DNA of 64,000 nt from Selaginella moellendorffii (Eukaryota > Plantae > Lycopodiophyta): contig NW_003314315.1 of the NCBI RefSeq assembly GCF_000143415.4, positions 496,001 through 560,000 of the forward strand, written 5' to 3'. The position numbers and the translations under genes were made by a program. Below the pieces are notes generated by a model, which was not told the origin of the DNA, ran no database searches, and worked only from the letters and a program-made list of their open reading frames with translations. The stretch's first letter is position 1, and the number at the start of each line of letters is the position of its first letter. This document shows, piece by piece, positions 51,485-60,840 of the stretch.

Positions 51485-51763
51485 ATCTTCTCTTCTGGCA
51501 AACCAAGAGCTTTTTCTTCGCGTTCATGAGGTCCGTGCTTCTGTAGCTCAAGTTTAAGAAGTCGGAGAACTGGTGTAACTGGAAAAGACTGTTCTTACCC
51601 CCGGAGTTGAATCGAGCATTTGTTTCCTCCAAGGTTTCGATTTTAACTTGCAAACTCGAGGTTTTCTTCCTAGTAGGACATGGATTTCTTGCGACTTTCT
51701 TTATCCTGAGGGTACAAAGTAAGTCTCAAAGAAGTTAGAAAGAATACCAACTTACTTGGTTCC

Positions 51764-52778
51764 TCACTCTTCCTCGGAGCTTTGCTCCTCGTTGCTGTAG
51801 TCCGAGGCATAGTCGTCCTCGAGCTCCGGGTTTAGATCCAGCTGCACGAACGGCACCTGGATTACTCCTGGAGCCGGTGCCGCTAGAGCTGGAGCTGGCG
51901 GTGCCACTTCCGGCAGTGGAACCGGATCTCCGGGCTTCCATCCGGGAGGCATCGGTGGGAGCTTCATTCCGGGAGGCAGTCCGGGAAGAGTAACCGGAGT
52001 GGAAGTAGAGGGCGTGAGCTTTCCTGCAGCTGCTTCTTTCGGTGGTGATTTTTCCACCGTTGGCGACGGCAGCGATGGCGCTGGTGGCAGTGCGGCTGCC
52101 GGAGCTTTCAACACGCCCAGATCCATGTCGCTGAAGTGGTAGAGCTGCGAAGCTCGCATTTGCTGCTCCTGAGGAGCCGGAGCCAGCACTCCGGGCTGAC
52201 CGAGAAGATAATCGGGAGGAGCAAACGTCGTGTAGCTGATCCTATGAGCGTAGGAGACGAGCTCGGCCACGTCCACCTCGGCGTCCAGTGTCTTCCTCTC
52301 CTTGGATGGCCGCCTGTACTCCTCGAATTCCTCCAGCGTGAGCTCCAGGACCTGCTCCGCGTCCCTGACGCGCTTGGCAAACTCCCGGATCACCGCGTCC
52401 TTGGCCGCCACCGCCTCCGCGATGCGCTGCTTCTCCTGCTCCAGGCTCTGGAGCTCGGCAATCTCCGACACCGCGTCCGACAGAAGCGATTGATGCGAGT
52501 CGAGGAGCGCCAGGACGTCTTTGGTGCTGTTGGCGACCAGGCCCTCGGCGGGCACGGGAGCTCCGGCCAGGAAAGGGGGGAAGAGGCTCTTGAGATGGCT
52601 GCCTTGCCACGATTTGCTGCCTGCATTGACCAAGTCTCGATCTGGAGAGGAAAGAGAAGCAAGACGCTTGCTTACCCGCTAGCTCGAGAAGGCGCACTGT
52701 GAGGCCCGCCATGTCCTGGAGCAAGACCTGCGCGCGCCTGTGCGGAGGAAGCGCCTGAACCGCGCCTCCCTCTGCCAT
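51764..52778 (-). CDS. MED4: Mediator subunit 4, 2 exons
   Basis: Coiled coil, YAHRISYTTFAPP, PAPQEQQMRASQLY, Pro-rich segment, VQLDLNP acidic tail; intron 52642-52675 restores the frame. Confidence 0.9.
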
Positions 52779-52830
52779 GGCCCTGGGATGCTCTAACCCT
52801 AACCAGGCAGACAAAGGAAATAAGAATTTT

Positions 52831-53958
52831 TTAATTTTTTATTTTTTTTAAAAAAAAATTATCAAAATTCATCGCGCCCACAAACTCATGGGAAAATTCG
52901 ACTCTCTTGCTGATGTACTTCTTGGCTTTTGGGCACGTCCAGCTGCTTCTCTCGTACCAGAGGAGATGCATGTCGGCCTCCAGACGAATGTTGAACCCGA
53001 GCTGAAACTTGGACGCCGTGCTCGCAGGCAGATGCCACACAATAACAGGAAAGTCTTCCACGTTGATTTTTGTTCGTCCTCCTCGGAAAGGCGGCTACAA
53101 AGAAAACAAATCTGAAAGGAATTCAAAAGGAATAAAAGCATGTACCTCGAAGTATGGTTTGGATGGATTATACTTCTTCCCATTGTGATTCCAGCGAAGT
53201 AATTTCCACTCGATTTCTGCCGTGTTCCCTGGAGCTCCAACACTGATGGACTCGTATTCCATTGGCTCTTGGAGTGACTGCCCCCACTTCTTCTTTAATA
53301 TGAACGATACCGGCCATAAATCAAGTCGAGCTCCAATCTCACCTTCGCTGTTCTTGGTGAGAGTGGTGAGAGTGCTGGAGTTGGCTTTAGCACGAGCACC
53401 GTCATGGAAATTGTAGTCATAGATAGCAATGGCAGAGTTTTCCATCTGGCCAAGCTGTGGACTAATATGAAGCTTGAAGCGGTATGGGTAGAATCCTAGA
53501 GCCTTGGTGTTGATGATTACATCGTTGTCATCCACGCCGAGAGAGAAGTTGTTGATATCCAGAGCCACTTCAGTGTTGCAACAGCTCTCCCGTAAGGATG
53601 GGAGGATCACCATCGAAACATCCACGAGCTGCTGGCTCTTGGGCAGTCCGTTGGGAAGATCAAGGGACAGCTGGTCGAGCAATGCTGTACCGGATGGGAG
53701 CTTTGAGCTGATTTGGATGCAGCGGCAGTTCCTCCAGGGAAACGACTCCCCACGAGCTGGTGATAATGAACCACCAATGCGCCGCAGACAGAGGAGAGGC
53801 CATACACATAAAACAAGAAAATCCAGGGCGACAGAGATCTGAGGACCCAATGAGCGCCTCTGCCACGCACACACACAGTTCACAGGGACAATACCTCGGA
53901 TGGCCTCTGGAGAGAACAACAGTGTCTCCCCACGAGCTGTTGATGTTGAACCACCCAT
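52831..53958 (-). CDS. Orphan gene X copy 2 (uncharacterised, MGG N-terminus), at least 2 exons
   Basis: 287-aa open frame plus a second exon after an intron at ~53096-53145; paralog at 34642 shows mostly conservative substitutions; TATA-like TATAAAA ~60 nt upstream. Confidence 0.6.
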
Positions 53959-54093
53959 GGATTAGTTAGCCCTTCGAACCAAATCTAATGCAAAAATCGG
54001 CGAGAACTTGTTCATTTTATAGGCACATGTCACTGTCGACATGTCACTGTCATATGTCACTGTCACTGTCGACACGTGTTTGACAATTCTGTG

Positions 54094-54485
54094 TGAGACA
54101 AATCCGGATCAAAGCGCACCGCGCACGTGTGTGTAACACTCCCCCTCAAACCGAAGCCACTCACCAAACCAATCTTCTCACCAATCTTCTCACAAAGCCG
54201 TTGGGACCACACCAGTTTCAGCTCCTACGTGAATCGATGGGGCAGCAAAAAGAACATTCGAGGACAAGCACATTGCAATACTCCCTCTAGCCTTGGAATC
54301 CCGAAGGTTCCAATCACGCACCTCAACAGCGCTAAAGCCTGGAGCCGGTGATGACTCTGTCCCATCCACAATCCCCAACAAACCATGAAACAAGAGATAG
54401 GATTCAACGGATGGATGGCTTTCTTTCCATAGTGCTATCCTAGCTTCGATACCATGAGACAAATTGGGATCAAAGCACACCGCAC
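54094..54485 (-). mobile_element. Miniature, internally deleted Copia-type LTR element (TRIM-like)
   Basis: LTR end ...TTTGTCTCA then PBS-like TGGTATCGAAGC (54454-54443), gag N-terminal piece ESYLLFHGLLGIVDGTE...DSKA, PPT GAGGGGGAG (54147-54139), 45-bp TG...CA repeat at 54138-54094. Confidence 0.75.
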
Positions 54486-54487
54486 TA

Positions 54488-54845
54488 GATCACCATCACC
54501 ATCACGGTTTGTGCTCACTTGAGATGTGACTGGTGATCTCAAGTCACCGTGTGATGTGGATAAGTGGTCCCATCACCATCACCATCACGGTTTGCGCTCA
54601 CTTGAGATGTGACTGGTGACTTGAACGGTTTGTGCTCACTTGAGATGTGACTGGTGATCTCAAGTCACCATGTGATGTGGATAAGTGGTCCCATCACCAT
54701 CACCATCACGGTTTGCGCTCACTTGAGATGTGACTGGTGATCTCAAGTCACCGTGTGATGTGGATAAGTGGTCCCATCACCATCACCATCACGGTTTGTG
54801 CTCACTTGAGATGTGACTGGTGATCTCAAGTCACCGTGTGATCAC
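54488..54845. repeat. 83-bp tandem repeat, about 4 copies, each with internal inverted repeats
   Basis: CATCACCATCACCATCACGGTTTGYGCTCACTTGAGATGTGACTGGTGATCTCAAGTCACCRTGTGATGTGGATAAGTGGTCC; unit starts at 54692 and 54775. Confidence 0.92.
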
Positions 54846-54852
54846 CCCGCCA

Positions 54853-55052
54853 GGAGATCCGGTTCCACTGCCGGAAGTGGCACCGCCATCTCCAGCTCTA
54901 GCGGCACCGGAGTAATCCAGGTGCCGTTCGTGCAGCTGGATCTAAATCCACATACTCCGGTGCCGTTCGTGCAGCTGGATCTAAATCCACAGCTCGAGGA
55001 CGACTATGCCTCGGACTACAGCAATGAGGAGCAAAGCTCCGAGGAAGAGTGA
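54853..55052 (+). pseudogene. MED4 3'-end fragment (third copy)
   Basis: VIQVPFVQLDLNP (locally duplicated)...DDYASDYSNEEQSSEEE*. Confidence 0.85.
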
Positions 55053-55341
55053 GGAACCAAGTAAGTTGGCATTCTTTCTTCGAGACTTACTTTTTACCTT
55101 CAGGATAACCAAAATAAAGAAAGTCTCAAGAAATCCATGTCCCACCAGGAAGAAAAACTCGAGTTTGCAAGTTAAAATCAAAACCTTGGAGGAAACAAAT
55201 GCTCGATTCAACTCCGGGGGTAAGAACCGTCTTTTTCACTTACACCAGGTCTTGTGTAGCCGACTTCTTAACCTTGAGATACAGAAGCACGGACCTCACG
55301 AACGCGAAGAAAAAGCTCTCGGTTTTGCTAGAAGGGAAGAT

Positions 55342-56397
55342 CTACCGGAAGGGGAACTGCTGCCTCAGCGGTCTCAGCCGCTCTAAAACATCCGACATGG
55401 TTGGCCGGACCCGGGCCACGGGATTCAAGCACATCGCCGCGATCCTGCCAAGCTCCCGCGGCACCTTGACGTGATCCGGCAGTAGCCTCAGCCGCGGATC
55501 CACGATGGGAAAGACATGGTTCGTCCTCACAAGGGGGACAAGCCACCCGACCAGATCGCCGGGTACTTTCCCAACGTCGTGGACTTTCCTGTTACTGATG
55601 ATCTCCGCCAGGAGCAGGCCAAAGCAGAAGACGTCCACCTTGGCGGCGAGGTAGCCATCCTGGGGCCAGTCCGGATCGAGCATCCCCAGCGATCCCAGCG
55701 AGCAGCCGGGCATCTGATCCTCCCAGGGGATGTCGTGGGCCACCGAGAAGTTGGCGAGGCGAACGCTCCAGTCGCGCTCGATCCAAAAGTTGGTGGAGCG
55801 GAGGTCGCGGTGGACGATCTCGTGGCCGTAGTGGAGCGTCTTGACGCACTTGGCGGCGGCGAAGGCGAGGTGGATGCGCAGCGCCAGGCACAGCGGCGGC
55901 GCCACCGTGTCCCCGCGGTGGAGGACGTCGAAGAGGGTGCCGCGGCCGGGCATTTGCAGCACGAGGAGGGTCTCCCCGGGGACGATCGCCGCTGGAGCGC
56001 CGCCACCATCGCCGCCACCCGCCAGCGCCGCCGGGCGATCGAGGCTGTGGCTCAGCCCGATGAGCCTGGCGAAGCTCTTGCTGGTCTTGGCGTCGGCGTT
56101 GAGCGTGGCGTGGATGCGGAGCTCGTTGGCGATGGCGATCTGGGCGGGGTAGTGGCGGGCCGAGTGGTCGGCGATGCCGCGCTTGATGATCACGGGGGTG
56201 CCGTCCTTGAGGATGGCCTTGTAGAGCGAGGTGAGGATTGATCTGCCGACGAGGCATTCGCTCGAGAATCCGCCCGTGCACGCCTCAGCGTCCTTGAATC
56301 GAAAGAGCGACAGCACTGGATCTTTTCCTCCGGCCGCCCTCTCCTGGAAGATCTTCTTCTTCTTCTTATACCTTTTGCGGCAGAGACCATATTCCAT
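55342..56397 (-). CDS. Receptor-like cytoplasmic kinase family protein, probable pseudokinase, intronless
   Basis: VIIKR, HRDLRSTN, KVDVFCFGLLLAE, CLNP...RPTM; G-loop GRSILTSLY, DFG replaced by NFS. Confidence 0.85.
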   Translation of the reverse strand: MEYGLCRKRYKKKKKIFQERAAGGKDPVLSLFRFKDAEACTGGFSSECLVGRSILTSLYKAILKDGTPVIIKRGIADHSARHYPAQIAIANELRIHATLNADAKTSKSFARLIGLSHSLDRPAALAGGGDGGGAPAAIVPGETLLVLQMPGRGTLFDVLHRGDTVAPPLCLALRIHLAFAAAKCVKTLHYGHEIVHRDLRSTNFWIERDWSVRLANFSVAHDIPWEDQMPGCSLGSLGMLDPDWPQDGYLAAKVDVFCFGLLLAEIISNRKVHDVGKVPGDLVGWLVPLVRTNHVFPIVDPRLRLLPDHVKVPRELGRIAAMCLNPVARVRPTMSDVLERLRPLRQQFPFR

Positions 56398-56764
56398 GGA
56401 TCGATCCCAATGCCTCGCTCTCAGCTCATAACGAGGGAGAGGAATCCAAGAACCCTAGACACGACCGCTTCCTGAGCTTGCGCCAGTGCCATTGCCACTC
56501 CCATCCGCCGCGCGCCACCAATTGCAACGCCAGGCCGATGTCCAGTGCCCACATTCCACCAGCTCGATCGATTCGATCGCGCTTCCTACGTTTCGAAGGG
56601 ACGAGAAGAGCCAAAGGTCGCCTGGAGCCCTAATGCTGACGTGGATAACATCTTTTAGTATATTCTTCATTTAAAATTAATCCAAAGCATCGCCAGATTG
56701 AGGGCTTTAGATTGTAGAAGTCTTAGGGCTTTAGATTTTAGCGCCATTTTCAAATTTAGGGTTT

Positions 56765-58843
56765 ATGAGGGATTGGGCGCCATTCGTAGGACTGGAGGAG
56801 GTGCTCAGGCTCCGGGAGGGGGCGTCGTGCTCATACAGGTATACGTGCTTAGTCAGGGATCGACAGGCGCTCGAGGAAGGACGGCGCGTGCACGTTTCTG
56901 GGGAATCTGCTGGTGGAGATGTACGCCAAGTGTGGGAGATGGGAGGATGCGAGGCAGAGAACACAAGATTGCTTTCTCTTTCGGGACGGTGATCACCGCG
57001 GCAGCTCAAGAGAGGGATCACAAGTGGGCAGTGGCTGGTTTGTTTGGGAGATTGCTGTTGAAAGGCCTGAGACCGGACAGGCAAATACTTCTCTCGTCGT
57101 GCGCGTCACTCGACGTCGGCCCATGCTTGCCTTGTAGATAGCGGTCTAGAGCAGGAGCTGGGGAATACGATGGTGAGCAAATGCGAGAGGCTGGAGGAGC
57201 TTTTCGAGAGGCTTGAGAACAAAGGATTGTTCGCGTGGACTGCGATCATTGGAGCCTGTGCTCAGAGAGGTCATTCATAGCAGGGAAGCGCTCGAGTTTT
57301 TCCATCGGCTGGACTGCGAGGGTGTAAAGCAGGACATTGTGAGCTTCATCAACACACTCCGAGCGTGCACCAACTTGGAAGAATTGTCCGAAGGAAGAGT
57401 CATCGCCGGCTCTCGGCCGGGGGCCTCGACTCGGATGTCATCATCGGCAACGCGCTGGTAAACATGTACAGCAGGTGTGGTTATCTGGAAGCCAGAGAAG
57501 CCAGGGACGTTTTCGACAGGAGTTTAAAGAGCAAGGCCTCGTGGAACACGCTGATCCCCGCTTACTTACAGGAAGAACGCTCCAGGGATGCGATCCAGCT
57601 CTTTCTCTTAGATGGTACCAAGCCAAACGACGTGACATTCGTTGGCATAACTGGAGTTTGCAGCAAGGACCGCTATGCAAAGCAGGTCCACGAATGCGTG
57701 ATTGCTTTCTGCCAGTGGTATCCTCCACTCGTCCGGTGTTCTGAGGAACAATCTCGTCAACGTCTACGGAAAGCTTGGTGACGTCGCCCACGCACGCAGA
57801 GTGTTCAAGGAGATGGAGACGAGAGATGTGTGCTCGTGTACGACGATGATCGCAGCGTACGCGCAGAACGGACACGAGAGGCAAGCGTTGCAACTCTACC
57901 ACAAGATGGACCTCAAAGGATTGAAGCTGGAAGCTTGCAGCCGGATCGATGCAGTAAGAACGGGGAAACAGATTCACGAAAGGATGGTTTCCAGTAACTC
58001 CGACTCCGATGTCTACGTCTCCACTGCGCTCGTCAACTGTATGGCAAGTGTGGAGACTTGGAGAACGCACGGGCGGTGTTTGACAACATCGAGAACCGTG
58101 GTGACATAACGGCGTGTGGTCAGCACGGGCACAGCGAGGAAGCCATCAGACTGTACCAGAGAATGGAGCCAGACGGAGTTGAGCCCGACGAGATCACCTA
58201 CGTTACTATCGTCGGTGCTTGTGGTGACATGCAGTCTGTAGCGGAAGGAAGGTCCGTCCACGACGGGATAGTGAGAGCCGGCCTGGAAAACGGAGCTCTC
58301 GTTTCCTCAGCACTCGTCAGCATGTATTGCAAGTGCGGAGCCTGGACGAAGCATGGAAGATCTTCGACGGTTCCGACTTGACCTGGTCTCGTGGAACGCA
58401 ATGATCGTAAACGGGGAGGGGAAGCAGGGGTTGGAGCTGTACGAGCGCATGAACTTGGACGGTGTGGAGCCGAACGGTGTGACTTACGCCGGATTGCTAT
58501 TCGCTTGTGCACACACAGGGCTGCTGGACGGGGCCTGCAAGCAGCTCGTGTTGTTCAAGAGGGACAGGAGGATCGAGTGGGATACTTCAGCTGCATGACG
58601 GATATGCTGGGCCGGCTGGGAAGGCTGGAGAAGGCCGAGGAGTTTCTCAAGAGGTTTCCACAGGCAGGTGGAGTTCCATGGCTGTCACTGCTCAACTCGT
58701 GCCAGGAAGCAGCCCATGAAGAGGAACCCGGAGCGTCGTACGGGATGCTCTCGAACATCTATGCGGCACCAGAGGTTGAAAAGATGAAAAGCAGGCTCGG
58801 GTTTTGGTATTCCAGGCACTCCAAGTCGCAGGATATCACATAA
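56765..58843 (+). pseudogene. Degenerate PLS-class PPR pseudogene
   Basis: PPR motifs (NALVNMYSRCG, SALVSMYCKCG, MTDMLGRLG, YGMLSNIY) spread over several frames with stops. Confidence 0.8.
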
Positions 58844-58963
58844 AGGTACTTAAACTTGAAGGTTTTCCTATTTTTCTACAAAAAACCTTTTCGGCACATT
58901 CTAGGATTTACGACCCTTTTCCCCGGAGTATAAAAAGGATTGCGAGGTCATCAAAGCATACAT

Positions 58964-59383
58964 ATGGCGAATCACAAGGACGGGTATGTTCCAGTGGAGC
59001 AAGTCTTGAACGAGCTGCGACGATCGGCAGAGAGGCTACCCATCCGCACCAGGGATTTGATGGATCTCATGGATGTGGTGTCCAAGTTGCTCTACGAGTC
59101 GCTTCCAGGAGATTCTGGCAAGGAAACGAGAACAGGGGAGGAGATCCAGGGTATGTCAAGTTTTTCTCTTGTGGAGGAACTTCCGGAGAAGAGACCGGAT
59201 GTGGGCAATGCTAAAAGTTTCAAGAGAAAGCTTTGCTTGGATGAGGAGGATCACAAGCTTCTGGATGAGATATCGAAGAGACATCGGCTGCTAGATAAGA
59301 CATCGAAACGAGCTCCTCCCAATTACAATCTCAGGAAGAAGCAGCCTAACACCACCCTTTGCTCCATGTGCCAGTGCCACTGA
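58964..59383 (+). CDS. Small uncharacterised ORF
   Basis: ATG-initiated ~139 aa ORF with protein-like composition and an upstream TATAAAA; no recognised motif. Confidence 0.3.
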   Translation: MANHKDGYVPVEQVLNELRRSAERLPIRTRDLMDLMDVVSKLLYESLPGDSGKETRTGEEIQGMSSFSLVEELPEKRPDVGNAKSFKRKLCLDEEDHKLLDEISKRHRLLDKTSKRAPPNYNLRKKQPNTTLCSMCQCH

Positions 59384-59684
59384 GTGAGAACATCCACAGG
59401 ACAATCAATGGCGATAATCACGGCAATGGTTATCTAGCGAAGCGCTGCTACCAAGATCAGCTAAATTTTATAAATTTCTAGGGTAGTGAAATATGAATGA
59501 ATGCAATCCATAAGAATCTAAACAATGTAGACAATTATTTTAATTCTATTGTGGTCATACTTGCAACTGACGATAAATCACGCTTGGAACTCAAACTTGC
59601 CTTTCTTCAAGCTGAGCTTACATTTGTAACATGGCCTGTTTCTTACAAATCCTCTTTACCATGGCTGCATTTTTACCGCCTCTA

Positions 59685-60621
59685 GTAAACGTGCCCTCGT
59701 CACACCTCCCACTGAGGCCTCGGCCCAGCTGCTTGACCACCTCTTGACTTTACTTCTTGCTGGCTAGAGCCACGCCCACATCTTTTGAGCCCTCACGTAG
59801 CATGGCCTCGATTATACTCAGTGGGAAAGCGCACCACCTTTTGTTCCTGAGCATCACCTTGGGTATGGCCTGACGATTCTCCCTGTTTGCCAAGCTGGCT
59901 ATGGCAGCGTCGCTCAGAAGCCCAGATTCCTTGAGCAGATACATGGCATAGACATCAGGGCGACCCTGGCCGCCACCTCTTCGATAGGGTCGAGGAGCAC
60001 GCCCGCGAGCTTGGCGCGCTTCAACAGCGAGAGGGCATCTTTCAGCTCCGGGGTTAATTCGAAGAGCTTCTGGTATGGTATGGGGTGCAGATCTGGCACT
60101 TTGGCCTCGTAGCTGTAAACATGGTCATGCTGGAAGTGCCGAAGTAGTGTAATCTCGTACACCGGTAGCGAGGAGAGAGGATGTTGCCAGTGGTGTAATG
60201 GACACTTTCGTCTCCAAACCAGCCTCACCTACTGGTCTCAACGCAACAACTCACCCAAAAGTTGACGGGTCCTGGCTTTGTAGCCGCCTTATGCTTTTCT
60301 ACTTGATAAAGAGCACTAGCGAGACTTGAAGGATAATTCCAGCTGCTTTCTGGGATAAGTTTGTAGCGGGCGCTGACTTAGAGTTTGTGGTCTTTAACCC
60401 AGCAATTTGCTCATAGACCTCCAGTCGACCTCCATCACGGGCTTCTGCGTGAGCAATGCCAACAGCTTTTCACGCAGGAGCTTGGCAATGGCATCTCCAT
60501 AACAAGTCACAGAAAGCATCCAGTTAGAGCCAGCACTAAAGGCTAAGTTAGAGTTGCAGAAGTCTTTCAAAGCCTGTGAATTAACTATTTCTCTCTTAGT
60601 AGATAGGCAGAAATGGATCAC
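59685..60621 (-). pseudogene. Uncharacterised gene or pseudogene fragments
   Basis: Coding-like GC content; successive minus-strand ORFs joined by an apparent frameshift near 59945. Confidence 0.35.
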
Positions 60622-60840
60622 AACTAATGCGATACCAGGATTGCAAAGATGAAAGATAGGCTAAGAGGTTTTCTTATTGCCTTTTTCTAAAGGGTATTCC
60701 ATGATTTACGAGCCAAGGTTAGGATGCACTAAATATAAATGAGTTTTGTTCCACGTCCTTCGTTTGGAACAGCTTCCTTTGTGTAAACCGCTACTTTCAT
60801 GATAATTCCTTGTCTGAATCGCTATTTTCATGATGAGAGC

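Noticed and set aside
54488-54845. Palindromic repeats resembling a CRISPR array
   Set aside because: Units repeat in full with no unique spacers, there are no cas genes, and the context is eukaryotic
55516-56281. Long antisense and alternative-frame ORFs over the kinase
   Set aside because: Expected shadow ORFs in GC-rich coding DNA
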